A DNA stretch of 64,000 bases from Candidatus Gottesmanbacteria bacterium (GTDB lineage: Bacteria; Patescibacteriota; Microgenomatia; 2-02-FULL-39-11): NCBI GenBank assembly GCA_016186795.1, contig JACPKY010000001.1, forward strand, positions 65,357 to 129,356, written 5' to 3'. Positions 1 through 9,475 of this stretch are shown piece by piece. The notes beneath the pieces were generated by a model. The model saw nothing but the letters and a program-made list of their open reading frames with translations. It did no database searches and was not told where the DNA came from. Position numbers and translations under genes: made by a program. The first letter of the stretch is position 1. Each line of letters opens with the position of its first letter.

Positions 1-263
1 GGGGAATCGTAGAATTCATCACTTTCTTCCGGAGCATCGGTCGGAGTGATTGTTGGAGGTTTTGGGGTAGGTGTCCGAGAAATAATTCTAGAAATTTCAC
101 TCGGGACCGGTTGGGGAGAAAACGCTCGAGGAATAAATCGTGTTCCTACCTCGGAAAGTTTCGGTCCAGCAATTGCCCCAAGCAGAAGAACAATAAGACT
201 TCCTATTGCAATAACTGTACCTATTTCGCCCTGCTGATTATTAAATCGATTTTCATCTAACAT
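1..263 (-). CDS. Partial CDS running off the left edge: membrane-anchored protein with Pro/Thr-rich linker (N-terminal part only)
   Basis: The reverse-strand frame from ATG (rc of 261-263) stays open to position 1. Translation begins MLDENRFNNQQGEIGTVIAIGSLIVLLLGAIAG (one TM helix) followed by a PTPKPPTITPTDAPEE linker. It is not in the ORF track because it is truncated. Confidence 0.35.
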   Translation of the reverse strand, partial: MLDENRFNNQQGEIGTVIAIGSLIVLLLGAIAGPKLSEVGTRFIPRAFSPQPVPSEISRIISRTPTPKPPTITPTDAPEESDEFYDS

Positions 264-283
264 GAGAAAAACATCAAATGGAT

Positions 284-829
284 TTATTGTGCTCCGACTC
301 CATATCCTACAATCTGTAAATACCTGTTATCATCTGGATATTTAATTACTGCTTGACCGCTTTGTTTTGCTTTGAATGTGATCTTGGCAAGCATCATCGA
401 GCCTACCGGAAGAGTATTTGTTGCTCCTTTTACTACAAGGGCAACTCGGACAAAGTTATAGGTATTATCAAAACTCCCTTCTTTCATAACAACCGGCGCT
501 TCGGTAAACGCATAGGACGGATTTACTGTTTGAACTGCCGGAACAACATTTGTTGCCATAAGTTTCGCCTTATCATAAAGAATAGTCACATCCGCTCCAG
601 AAAGTTTTGCGCTTGAATCATTCATCTGAATCGTCGCAACAACGTCAAAATACTCTCCTGCATCGGGATTCGTATTCCCGGTAGATAAAAGAAGGTTAGC
701 ATTTCCTTGGAGTGCTCGAGGCCGAATATCTTGACCTTTCCGCGTCAGGTATAGAGTCACGGGAAGAGCAAAAAGAAGGAAAAGAAGGAAAAAGATAATG
801 AATTTTGAACGATTATTCATAGGTTGCAT
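284..829 (-). CDS. Hypothetical secreted/membrane-anchored protein (181 aa)
   Basis: N-terminal hydrophobic signal/TM (FIIFFLLFLLFALPVTLYL). It sits immediately downstream of, and overlaps, the subtilisin gene on the same strand. No recognisable catalytic motif. Confidence 0.5.
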   Translation of the reverse strand: MQPMNNRSKFIIFFLLFLLFALPVTLYLTRKGQDIRPRALQGNANLLLSTGNTNPDAGEYFDVVATIQMNDSSAKLSGADVTILYDKAKLMATNVVPAVQTVNPSYAFTEAPVVMKEGSFDNTYNFVRVALVVKGATNTLPVGSMMLAKITFKAKQSGQAVIKYPDDNRYLQIVGYGVGAQ

Positions 830-3371
830 ACAACGCTTGAATTTCTGTTGCCGTCAAAACTTTGTTGTACAATCGAACCTCATCAATTCGCCCTTTGAAT
901 GTTTTCCTCTCTGCATATAAATTCCCTATCGCTGCTTTTATATTACTATCATCCAGTCGGCTCCCGACACCAGTTGATTTCTCATTATGTTCATTTGCGG
1001 GAGCACCATTTTTATAAAACTTTACACCACTTGGATTTACAGACCCGTTCCATGTCACACAGACAAACTGCCACTGATCAAGTGCAATGAGATTATTCGG
1101 TCCAGATACTCGAAGATCCGATCCCGAGTAATTCACGCCGAACCGAAGTGTTTTATCAACGGTTCCCGCATTGTCATTTTCCAGTGAAAACCACAGTCTT
1201 GGACCTTTCGCATATATTCTTCCTTTGCCATCCTCACCAAAACTTTTCGGAAAAATCCATGCACATATGGAAAGTGCTGCAAGATTATTCAAAGATACAT
1301 CCGGATTCATGTACACTTTATCGTCGTCTCCATCAAACCTCCTCGCATTTCCAACTTTCCCGGGTTGAATTGATGTGCCTTCCGCAATCCCAGGATTTCT
1401 TCCTCTTTGATCAGCAACCGTTGTTCCAGATGTCTCATCCATCTTCCAATAACTGACAAGACCAGGAGAAACAGAAGGTGTTGGCGTTGGACTCCGTTGA
1501 GGAGTAGGAGTTGCTGTTGGATTCCCTCCTGGGGTAGGTGTAGACGTCGGATTCCCTCCTGGGGTAGGTGTTGCTGTTGGAACAGGACCGGTTGGAATTA
1601 CTTTTTTTCGTCTCCAAATTTCATAATCACTTAAATCAACAAAGTACGTTGATGAATTTCCTTCCACACATGAAAAATTGGCATTACTTTGAGAAGAGGG
1701 ACTCACAAATGTATTGTATTGCTGTACCCACAGTGCATAGTCCGCCTCATTTATAACGTTGTCACAATTCGCATCACCACTATTTTTTTGCGAACAATTC
1801 GCAGAAGGCGATGGACAATATGGACCTTGTGGATAGGGCGATGGAGGTATTTTGAGTAATTTTGGTGCTCCAGTTGTGGGATACGGTGTCATTGTTGGAA
1901 TTGTCGTAGGAGTTGGGGTTACTGTTGCTTCTGGCTGGTTTGATGGTGATGGAGTTGCGGTTGCCGCAACAGATGGCGTTCCTGTTAGTAAACTTTGGAG
2001 AGCAACAAGTGAGTTTACTCCGCCATGCGTACTTGCATTTCCTCCCCACGAGGAAACTCCAGCAGATTCAATAATTTGTCGAACAGCAGAATTTGAAAGT
2101 CCAGAATTTTTGGCAAGAATGAGAGCGGCAAGGGCTGCAACATGAGGAGATGCCTGTGACGTCCCTGCCATATAGGCATACTGACTATTCTTATAAAGAG
2201 AGACAATACACATGGCAACCTCACTATCCGGACAATCGTTCGGATTTGCATATCCAGTGCAACAATCGCCTCCTGGAGCTGCAACATCAACCCAATTTAC
2301 ATTTCCGCTATTGTGCTCAGAATATGAGGCGAGTTGGTTTGTCTTGGTAAGAGCAGCAACTGATATGACATTTGGGAAAGCTGCCGGATACATATTGGGG
2401 TTTGTCTCATAACCGGTTGGGGTAGGGTTTGTCCCATAAAAAATTGGGCAACTATTCGTTCCTCCGCAATTTCCTGCTGCTGCAACAACAACAATTCCCG
2501 CATTCCAGGCGCGATTTACTGCATCCCTTAGATCATTTTTTTCTGTTGCGTCAATATTTCCTTCATTCACTCCTAAACTCATATTGATGACATCAACATT
2601 TTGGGAAATAGCCCAATCGATACCACGGATAAGCATTGCCGTTGTTCCGGCTCCTTGGTAATTGAGAACTTTTGCCGAAACAATTTTTACTCCCCATCCG
2701 ACACTTGCTACACCTACTGAATTATTGGTCACTGCTCCAATAATTCCTGCCGCGTGGCTCCCATGTCCATGATCGTCAGCTCCTCCTGAGACACAACTTC
2801 CTGAAAGACAGTTCACACTTGTAACAATTTTCCCAGATAAATCGGGGTGATTTGCATCAACGCCGGTATCAAGAATTGCTACTTTAATCCCAGACGTTGC
2901 CGTATTAATTGCATTTCCCGAATTTCCCAAAATATCCCATCCCGACTGATTACCAGGGGTTGGATCGGCAACGCGAAAGGTAGAAAGATTCCATTGATCG
3001 GCAAACCCTGGATCGTTGGCCGTTGCCAGTGCATAGACGGTTGCCGGAATATATGCTGCCTCAACGTTCGGATTTGCCTTCACCTGAATGAGCGCTTGAT
3101 TTGCATCTCCAGTTACTCGGTAAACCAAGGCGTTTGTATTGGGGAGTCCACCCTCAAGGGACGTACCGGGCATAGAGGAAGACACTGAAAGGATCGATTC
3201 ACTTGCGGGAGCACTTTTTAATTTCACGACGATTTGCGTCGGTACGTCAGACGATTGGGCGATTTCTGACCGAGGAACAAAATCCTGTGCCGAAACGGTG
3301 AATCTCCCGATTGTTATAAGGAGCACCAATGTAAAAACACCCACAACTAATGTGGTGAGCTTTTTGGGCAT
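813..3371 (-). CDS. Secreted subtilisin-like serine protease (peptidase S8) with Pro/Thr linkers, a single dockerin-like Ca-binding repeat and a C-terminal LamG/ConA-like lectin domain
   Basis: Signal peptide (LVVGVFTLVLLITIG). S8 catalytic triad motifs: VAILDTGVDANHPDL (Asp), HGHGSHAAGIIGA (His), AAAGN (oxyanion Asn), GTSQASPHVAALAALIL (Ser). Tandem PTPTPGGNPT linkers. NCDNVINEADYALWVQQY resembles one dockerin repeat. C-terminal WKMDETSGTTVAD...RFDGDDDKV...RIDEVRLYNKVLTATEI matches the LamG_3/ConA-like fold. Confidence 0.85.
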   Translation of the reverse strand: MPKKLTTLVVGVFTLVLLITIGRFTVSAQDFVPRSEIAQSSDVPTQIVVKLKSAPASESILSVSSSMPGTSLEGGLPNTNALVYRVTGDANQALIQVKANPNVEAAYIPATVYALATANDPGFADQWNLSTFRVADPTPGNQSGWDILGNSGNAINTATSGIKVAILDTGVDANHPDLSGKIVTSVNCLSGSCVSGGADDHGHGSHAAGIIGAVTNNSVGVASVGWGVKIVSAKVLNYQGAGTTAMLIRGIDWAISQNVDVINMSLGVNEGNIDATEKNDLRDAVNRAWNAGIVVVAAAGNCGGTNSCPIFYGTNPTPTGYETNPNMYPAAFPNVISVAALTKTNQLASYSEHNSGNVNWVDVAAPGGDCCTGYANPNDCPDSEVAMCIVSLYKNSQYAYMAGTSQASPHVAALAALILAKNSGLSNSAVRQIIESAGVSSWGGNASTHGGVNSLVALQSLLTGTPSVAATATPSPSNQPEATVTPTPTTIPTMTPYPTTGAPKLLKIPPSPYPQGPYCPSPSANCSQKNSGDANCDNVINEADYALWVQQYNTFVSPSSQSNANFSCVEGNSSTYFVDLSDYEIWRRKKVIPTGPVPTATPTPGGNPTSTPTPGGNPTATPTPQRSPTPTPSVSPGLVSYWKMDETSGTTVADQRGRNPGIAEGTSIQPGKVGNARRFDGDDDKVYMNPDVSLNNLAALSICAWIFPKSFGEDGKGRIYAKGPRLWFSLENDNAGTVDKTLRFGVNYSGSDLRVSGPNNLIALDQWQFVCVTWNGSVNPSGVKFYKNGAPANEHNEKSTGVGSRLDDSNIKAAIGNLYAERKTFKGRIDEVRLYNKVLTATEIQALYATYE
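1490..1580. repeat. Imperfect ~30-bp tandem repeats encoding the PT-rich linker of the S8 protease
   Basis: Units gattccctcctggggtaggtgt[agacgtcg/tgctgttg] at 1520-1549 and 1550-1579, with a partial upstream copy. They encode PTSTPTPGGNPT repeats on the minus strand. Confidence 0.7.
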
Positions 3372-3435
3372 GTCCGTGTATTTATTCCAGTGTTGCAGAA
3401 AAAGAAAGTGGTGTCAATACAAAGATGCTAAGAAG

Positions 3436-6006
3436 TCATCTGCCAAATCGAGATCGGATCTCTTGGGTAGAAAGTACCCCACGATACATTTGCACTTCGT
3501 CAAGCGCCCCATCATAATAAAGTCCTTCAGGACCAATGGCACCAAAATAGAGATTCCTTGCTGAACTGTACTTTATTTCACCAGAAACTGATTTTGATGC
3601 TTTCTTTGCTCCATCGATATACAAAGCCATTTCTCCACTTCCGTAGGTACCAACTACTGAGTGCCATGTACCATCTAGAATAAGATTTTGAGGAAGTGAA
3701 AGTGAATCAGAGGTAATTTGCCCCTTCCCTACCAAAAAGTAAACAGTGTCTCGATACGTTCGAAATGTAATACCACTATAGGAAACAATATCGGTATTGG
3801 TGAAAAAATATTGACTACTACTGAATCCACCCAAATATTTTTGCGGAACTTGGGTATAATCAAATCCTGAAGGCCCAGGTGGTGGAACACCTTTTACCCA
3901 AAATCCAACAGTGAATGATTGCGGCTTGAGATTCTGGTTCATTGGAATTTCCACATATGACTTTTTGTTCCTGTCAAACACCCGCGCCAATCCCTCTTTT
4001 CCATTGGTAATTGTTGTTTGATAGGCAGTTCCATCATGATTTTTTTTGCTATCGCTTACGTTGTTTCCGGAATTTTCATCCATCTTCCAATCAGCTAAAA
4101 ATGTAGTATTTGCCGAAAGTGTAGGAGTTGGAGTACGGTTAGCCTGAATTGGTGTAGGTGTCTTTGTTGGTTGACCGGGGATAAGTGTCGGAGTCGGTGT
4201 TTTTGTCGGTTGTCCAGGTATAGTGGGTGTGGGAGTTCGTGTGGGAGTAGAAGGCTGCGTCGGTGTTGGCGTCTTGGAAGGATGTGGTGTTTGAGTGGTC
4301 GGAGTAGGAGTCGGGTTACCGCACTGGGGAGTTTTCCTGGCAACATGAGTACATGTTTGGAGTCCAGGTGGCTGCTGTACTATTTCGGTTGCCTCAACAA
4401 CTTTCCGCACCTGGTCACATGTTGATCCTGTTTTATAAAGATCATTGCAAGAACGCTTGAGGGCCTCTGCCATGTCTCGGAAGTTTGAACCTGCAGATAA
4501 ATATTTGTCCATCGCCCTATAAACAATTTGTATGGCTTTTTGTCTCTCAATACCTTGCATCGTGCACCCATTAAACGAACCTCCTTCTACGAGAAGATAG
4601 TACGTCTTATTCATAACTCCACTATTTGTATGCACCCCACCCGCATCGCTTGTACCACAATAGTAATAATTCGAATAGAGCCTGTCTGGATCGGATTTTT
4701 TGGGCGGATCATCCATGTATCGAAAAGGAGCATTGGGAATACTAGTATTTTCTCCTATCATCCAGTTTCCATCCATTTCCGATCCCATAATATCTGCCCA
4801 TGACTCATCAAGAGCTCCGGATTGGTTTTTGTAGACAAAATTCGATGTATAATCCGTCACTCCGTGCCCGAATTCATGACCAATAACATCGTACGCTACC
4901 ATTCCATTACAAAGCCTCATATGATCTCCATACCACCAAGCGTTTGGACAATACGGTGTAGTAGAGTCAACATGTACCCATGCCCGTTGTTTGGCTCCAT
5001 GATTATCGTAACTGTTCCGATGAAGTGTCTTGGAAACATAGTTGTATACGCTCCCCAATACGTCATATGAACCATCGACATCTGCATCGCCGTATGCAGG
5101 CTGTCCTTCTGTTCGCACAATTGGACACCCTCCGACGTTACAGTCTTTTATCTCCCGATTTGCCTCTTTCAGAAGAGATTCTTCGAAAATAACTGTTCCA
5201 TTTGACCTCTCAATAAAATATTTCATGGCAACTTGGGGATTTTCCGACTCTTCTTCGACGAAAACAGCAAACGTACTGTAGTTCGTCTCATCGTCAGAAA
5301 CGCCCAAGATACTTAAGTTGACAATGTATGGTTCTACTTTCATGACGCGGAAACCTTGAGCATTAGGATAGTCACTTTTTGCTTTCCCAAGAGCAATTCC
5401 TCTCGCCTGATCCTCAGAAATTGTTTGGACAGTTACTTCTGTACTTGTAGTGAGTGTTGCATCAATGGCATAAATCTCATTCCCATGACGCTCATGAAGA
5501 ATCATCTGCGCTGCGTATACTGGAGTTCCTCCAATTGTTTGCGTGTAAAAATAATGCTCCCCTTGCTTTTCAGGTGGTACCTCGGAGGTAGAATCTTCAG
5601 AATCGAGAATGACCCGAGAAAGTGTTGAGGAGGAAAAAAACCCGTCTGGAACAATCTTTACGAAGTCATCTCCACCCACTACCCTTCCCATAATTCCAAC
5701 CGTATTCCTGCCACTGGGAGCAGAATACGAAGGTGGGGAATTTAAAAATTCTGCAATCCCTGCTGCCCCTGACGATTGTGTCGTATAGAGATTTCCCTCC
5801 TCTGAATACAGAGAGTAACGCATTACTTTTGTTCCTGACGAAAAATACGAACCTCCAGAAAGGGCCGACGTATTGAGTGTTTTTAATGTTTGGGCTTTTC
5901 CCTGAAAGTAGGAACTGGTAGAAACGACCAATCCTGCGGTGATCAGGTTAAGGAGAAATAGAAGAAGAATCTTTGTGTTAAAAAGGTGATATCGACTTTT
6001 TTTCAT
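3436..6006 (-). CDS. Secreted thermolysin-like zinc metalloprotease (peptidase M4) with Pro/Thr linker and C-terminal LamG/ConA-like lectin domain
   Basis: Signal peptide/TM (ILLLFLLNLITAGLVV). M4 zinc-binding signature VIGHEFGHGVTDYTSNFVYKNQSGALDESWADIMG (HExxH plus ExxxD). Long PTPTxT linker (NPTPTPTTQTPHPSKTPTPT...). C-terminal WKMDENSGNNVSD...WHSVVGTYGSGEMALYIDG...LDEVQMYRGVLSTQEI module is paralogous to the C-terminus of the S8 protease. Confidence 0.8.
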   Translation of the reverse strand: MKKSRYHLFNTKILLLFLLNLITAGLVVSTSSYFQGKAQTLKTLNTSALSGGSYFSSGTKVMRYSLYSEEGNLYTTQSSGAAGIAEFLNSPPSYSAPSGRNTVGIMGRVVGGDDFVKIVPDGFFSSSTLSRVILDSEDSTSEVPPEKQGEHYFYTQTIGGTPVYAAQMILHERHGNEIYAIDATLTTSTEVTVQTISEDQARGIALGKAKSDYPNAQGFRVMKVEPYIVNLSILGVSDDETNYSTFAVFVEEESENPQVAMKYFIERSNGTVIFEESLLKEANREIKDCNVGGCPIVRTEGQPAYGDADVDGSYDVLGSVYNYVSKTLHRNSYDNHGAKQRAWVHVDSTTPYCPNAWWYGDHMRLCNGMVAYDVIGHEFGHGVTDYTSNFVYKNQSGALDESWADIMGSEMDGNWMIGENTSIPNAPFRYMDDPPKKSDPDRLYSNYYYCGTSDAGGVHTNSGVMNKTYYLLVEGGSFNGCTMQGIERQKAIQIVYRAMDKYLSAGSNFRDMAEALKRSCNDLYKTGSTCDQVRKVVEATEIVQQPPGLQTCTHVARKTPQCGNPTPTPTTQTPHPSKTPTPTQPSTPTRTPTPTIPGQPTKTPTPTLIPGQPTKTPTPIQANRTPTPTLSANTTFLADWKMDENSGNNVSDSKKNHDGTAYQTTITNGKEGLARVFDRNKKSYVEIPMNQNLKPQSFTVGFWVKGVPPPGPSGFDYTQVPQKYLGGFSSSQYFFTNTDIVSYSGITFRTYRDTVYFLVGKGQITSDSLSLPQNLILDGTWHSVVGTYGSGEMALYIDGAKKASKSVSGEIKYSSARNLYFGAIGPEGLYYDGALDEVQMYRGVLSTQEIRSRFGR

Positions 6007-6011
6007 AAAAC

Positions 6012-6659
6012 CTAATACTCAAACGAGGAAAGCATTGGTTGGTAGATAAACTCAGGACTGCCTTTTTTGTGAGAGATGAGGTAGACATAATTTTCCGACC
6101 AAAAAGCAGTTACTTCAAGAGGGTATTGAAAATACTCAGAAATTCCACCAAGGGTATAAACTTGTTTATTCGATACTGTTGATGCTGATGGTGTCGACAC
6201 ATGATAGAGAGCAAACGACCGTCTGAGTGGAGCAACCTCCTCACCAGTTGAGGTGCTCGTATTTCCTTCTAACCACGAAGATAAATCCTGGTAAGTTCCA
6301 CGATAGTAAGATGAGAGTCGAACCGAACCATCTTGTGAAGAGAGATCTTTCGGTATAAATTCAAGTATTTTATAGGCATAATTATTTTTCTCACTTCCAA
6401 TAGCGACTGGAATAACGTCATGCGTTGCTGGATACCTTAGTGAAAATTCGAGATCAGGATCATGATAGGTTAACCACGAAGTGTTTGGTTTCGGTTGAAT
6501 ATAAATGGCAAATCGTGGTCCCTCATACATTGTCAGCGTTGCTTCAAACAGTCGGAACCACACGATGACAAGAATAGCCATCAGAAGTATTCCAAGTGAG
6601 AGAACAATGGTAAAATCTGAAATTTTATTTGCGAAAAAATTCCTCATACTAAGAGTCAA
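6012..6659 (-). CDS. Hypothetical membrane-anchored protein (215 aa)
   Basis: N-terminal TM helix (FTIVLSLGILLMAILVIVWF). Shares a short SL(R/K)YP motif with the adjacent upstream paralog. No known domain recognised. Confidence 0.45.
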   Translation of the reverse strand: MTLSMRNFFANKISDFTIVLSLGILLMAILVIVWFRLFEATLTMYEGPRFAIYIQPKPNTSWLTYHDPDLEFSLRYPATHDVIPVAIGSEKNNYAYKILEFIPKDLSSQDGSVRLSSYYRGTYQDLSSWLEGNTSTSTGEEVAPLRRSFALYHVSTPSASTVSNKQVYTLGGISEYFQYPLEVTAFWSENYVYLISHKKGSPEFIYQPMLSSFEY

Positions 6660-7261
6660 TCAAAAGAAAGAGAAGAAATCATTTGGTGATAACTACTTCC
6701 AATTTTCTGGGCCTGTTGGGCGACAAAAATTGCATATTTATCAGTCAGAAAAAGTGTTGCCACTAAAGGATCGGCGATATCCGGATCGCCTATTGTAAAC
6801 TTGGCCGCCTCTTTGTCGTTTACAGTGCGATAAATAACGTTGTTGACTTGATATAACAAGAATTTCCCTGAGGACAAATCGCCAGAAGAAGTTGTATTTT
6901 CGACAATCCAATCTGATAGATTCTTACTATTTCTCTTTGGTAAAACCGTAACTAGAATTGGACTTTGCGCATCTTTTCCAGAAGGAATAAATGAAAGTGC
7001 GAGTAAAAAATCTCTACTTGTTGCAGTTAAATCTTCCATCGAATAAGTCAGTGGATATTTCAGTGATAATCCGAGATCTTCATTCGTATAGGATTGCTCA
7101 GTTCCCGATGTGGGATTTATTTCCGCTGGCCACTCAGATGGAGAAAGCCGGTCTGTTTTAACTAGTCTTACCAAAAAAAAGACAGCTATAAGAAAAACAA
7201 GAACTAACAGTGCAACAAGAATGTGATAAATATTTTTAATCATAAATAGCTCCCAAAACAT
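6656..7261 (-). CDS. Hypothetical membrane-anchored protein (201 aa), likely paralog of 6012-6659
   Basis: N-terminal TM helix (ILVALLVLVFLIAVFFLV). Similar length and architecture to the downstream gene, with a 4-nt overlap suggesting co-transcription. Confidence 0.45.
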   Translation of the reverse strand: MFWELFMIKNIYHILVALLVLVFLIAVFFLVRLVKTDRLSPSEWPAEINPTSGTEQSYTNEDLGLSLKYPLTYSMEDLTATSRDFLLALSFIPSGKDAQSPILVTVLPKRNSKNLSDWIVENTTSSGDLSSGKFLLYQVNNVIYRTVNDKEAAKFTIGDPDIADPLVATLFLTDKYAIFVAQQAQKIGSSYHQMISSLSFD

Positions 7262-9310
7262 TTAACATCCACCACCACATTTACACTGACCATTCGGGCA
7301 ACATACCGGATTATTATTCTCGCAAGGATAGCTATCACAACTGCCTGGATTGAAATTACATCCACCACCACCATCACCGGTACAACGTCCGCAGCAACCG
7401 CCATTACAGCCATAACCTGGCTCTTTATTACAACACTGTTCTGGACTTGAACAGCCTGAATGGCCATTGGGAACGCAGTAGGGCGGTTCTGTAGGTTCAG
7501 CTTTTTTTCCGCCGACGCAGTCATACCCCCATGTTTTGCTGGCATCAACGTACACACAGTAAACAGTTCCATCGGGGCATTCTGGCTTATCACCGCTACA
7601 TTTACTCTCATCAATCACTCGACAGATTGGTTCCCACGTATCATCTTCTTTCTGTGCACAGAGGATTGTTCCGGTGGAAGGACACGAAGGAGCAGTTTTC
7701 CCTTCACATTTATCCGCGTTCGGATCTACATCACATACGTCATCATTCCATTCCCACTTATCTTCCTCATCTTCTCCAACATTGATACACTCTTTGGCTT
7801 CCTCACAGGGTTTTTCCACATCCTTACACTCCTCTCCGTCGCTACTTACCGGATAACAATTTAATTTATATTTTCCGGAATCTTCCGAATCCTCTTCACA
7901 TTTGGTAGAATATTTTTTCCCGTCATCTGGACAATCTGCAGTCTGTCCCTCACATTTGTCTTTCGTAGTTGGAGGTGAAGTTGAGGCGGCAACACATGCT
8001 CCGGCAACACATGTTCGTTTGGGATCGTATGAGGCGCAATCTTCTCCAGTATCTTGCCATTTATAGGAAGTTTTTGTGTCATCGGGATCTGTATCAACAC
8101 ATGCTTGGGGATTCTTTGAACTAGGTGAACATCTCCTCTCGTTATTCGCAACTGCTACCTGATCACATTCGCTCTTAGTACTGTCTCCGCATGTGGCGTC
8201 TTTATCTGCTGCTGGTTGTATACAGTATGGTCCGTTGCATGAAACCTTGTCCTTTTTATAGCGGTGACTACTCGTATCACATTCCCAGTATCCACTTCGA
8301 TCACCCGTACAGGTATTGACACTACATGATGCTGGACTTTGAGAGAATGGCACGCACCCGGTTCCCTCAACACAATCCTCTTCGGAACCACAATCTTTCT
8401 TGGTGAGAGTTTTTCCATCGCTACTGCAGGAAACTTGGCGCTTTTTCCTCTGTCCCATGTCCTGGCAGGTAATCCCATTATTTTTGGCTTCATAGGTACA
8501 AAGCGTATCATCACATTTGCCGGTGGATTGGTTACATACTTTTCCATTAAGACAACCGTTGGGATCGGCAACCCACTGATTGCCGCTACTGCAGTTGTAC
8601 AATTTTCCATTAAAACATGCGGTGGTGTCATTGTCTGAATCACATGCCTTCTCCTTTTTTGGTTTACATTCGGCCTTGTCTGTACAATACTGGCTGTCTG
8701 CATCACACGGCGGATTAATATCGATCCAATTAGTCGAGTATTTGGGGCACTTTGATCGATAAATAACATTGTCCACCGGAGTGCAGTCATACAACTCTTC
8801 GGTGTTATTCCCATCGCACCCATCCGTCCCCAATGCACTTATATACTGCGCTTTCCCTGCTGCGGCAAGCTGATTATTGGCACAGAGTTGATTGCAGGCA
8901 ATTTTGTCATCAAGACTATCACTGTAAAACTGGCACGTCGACATCTGGTTGGTAAATAAATCTCGTTCGCAATATCCGTTCGTATTACAAACAAGGCATT
9001 GCCGAACCAAACTTGCCCCAGGTTGTTCAAGCTGCGTATCATCTCCAATCCCAATCCCCAGAAACGGTCCTTCAAAAATTGCTCTGGGGTTCATTGTAAA
9101 CACTCGTACAGTCATTGATCCGGCGTAAAAAGAGGCAAGGAGTGTTACTAAAACAAGAAGGAGAAGAAGAATCAGGGGAAACCGATGGTTTGACTCCAGA
9201 TGATGTTTCATCTGGTTCCATCGGGAAGACTTTTTCACTTGCATAGAAAACAGAGTGCTTTTACATGCACCCCTTTCTTCTAGTAAATGCTTTTTCCTTA
9301 GTCTTGTCAA
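7262..9310 (-). CDS. Large secreted, very cysteine-rich acidic protein (682 aa; roughly 90 Cys by eye)
   Basis: N-terminal TM/signal (FPLILLLLLVLVTLLASFYAG; alternative internal starts at MQVKK or MKHHLE are possible). The remainder is D/E/K/C-rich with dense CxxxC/CxC spacing. It ends in CCNKEPGYGCNGGCCGRCTGDGGGGCNFNPGSCDSYPCENNNPVCCPNGQCKCGGGC. No enzymatic motif. Confidence 0.6.
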   Translation of the reverse strand: MTRLRKKHLLEERGACKSTLFSMQVKKSSRWNQMKHHLESNHRFPLILLLLLVLVTLLASFYAGSMTVRVFTMNPRAIFEGPFLGIGIGDDTQLEQPGASLVRQCLVCNTNGYCERDLFTNQMSTCQFYSDSLDDKIACNQLCANNQLAAAGKAQYISALGTDGCDGNNTEELYDCTPVDNVIYRSKCPKYSTNWIDINPPCDADSQYCTDKAECKPKKEKACDSDNDTTACFNGKLYNCSSGNQWVADPNGCLNGKVCNQSTGKCDDTLCTYEAKNNGITCQDMGQRKKRQVSCSSDGKTLTKKDCGSEEDCVEGTGCVPFSQSPASCSVNTCTGDRSGYWECDTSSHRYKKDKVSCNGPYCIQPAADKDATCGDSTKSECDQVAVANNERRCSPSSKNPQACVDTDPDDTKTSYKWQDTGEDCASYDPKRTCVAGACVAASTSPPTTKDKCEGQTADCPDDGKKYSTKCEEDSEDSGKYKLNCYPVSSDGEECKDVEKPCEEAKECINVGEDEEDKWEWNDDVCDVDPNADKCEGKTAPSCPSTGTILCAQKEDDTWEPICRVIDESKCSGDKPECPDGTVYCVYVDASKTWGYDCVGGKKAEPTEPPYCVPNGHSGCSSPEQCCNKEPGYGCNGGCCGRCTGDGGGGCNFNPGSCDSYPCENNNPVCCPNGQCKCGGGC

Positions 9311-9475
9311 GAATTATTCATATCCAAACCCTATTCAGAAAGTCCTCTTTTTGGTACAATACCTTGCACCTATACTCTTCTTACTGTATTTTGCAACTTT
9401 TTCGTAAGAAAAATGTTGCTAAATCAGTCTAGAAGGAGTTATACCCGTAACAATTTCAATTGTGAAGGGTATATC

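Noticed and set aside
46-237. 63-aa plus-strand ORF at the window start
   Set aside because: Entirely contained within the stronger minus-strand partial gene (TM helix plus PT linker running off the edge). No RBS and odd composition.
1852-2145. Multiple 60-140-aa ORFs antisense to or overlapping the large protease, Cys-rich, transketolase and glycosyltransferase genes (e.g. 1852-2145, 4171-4425, 7460-7864, 8155-8838, 49086-49334)
   Set aside because: They are embedded in long, motif-supported genes on the opposite strand or in a different frame. They are typical shadow ORFs.
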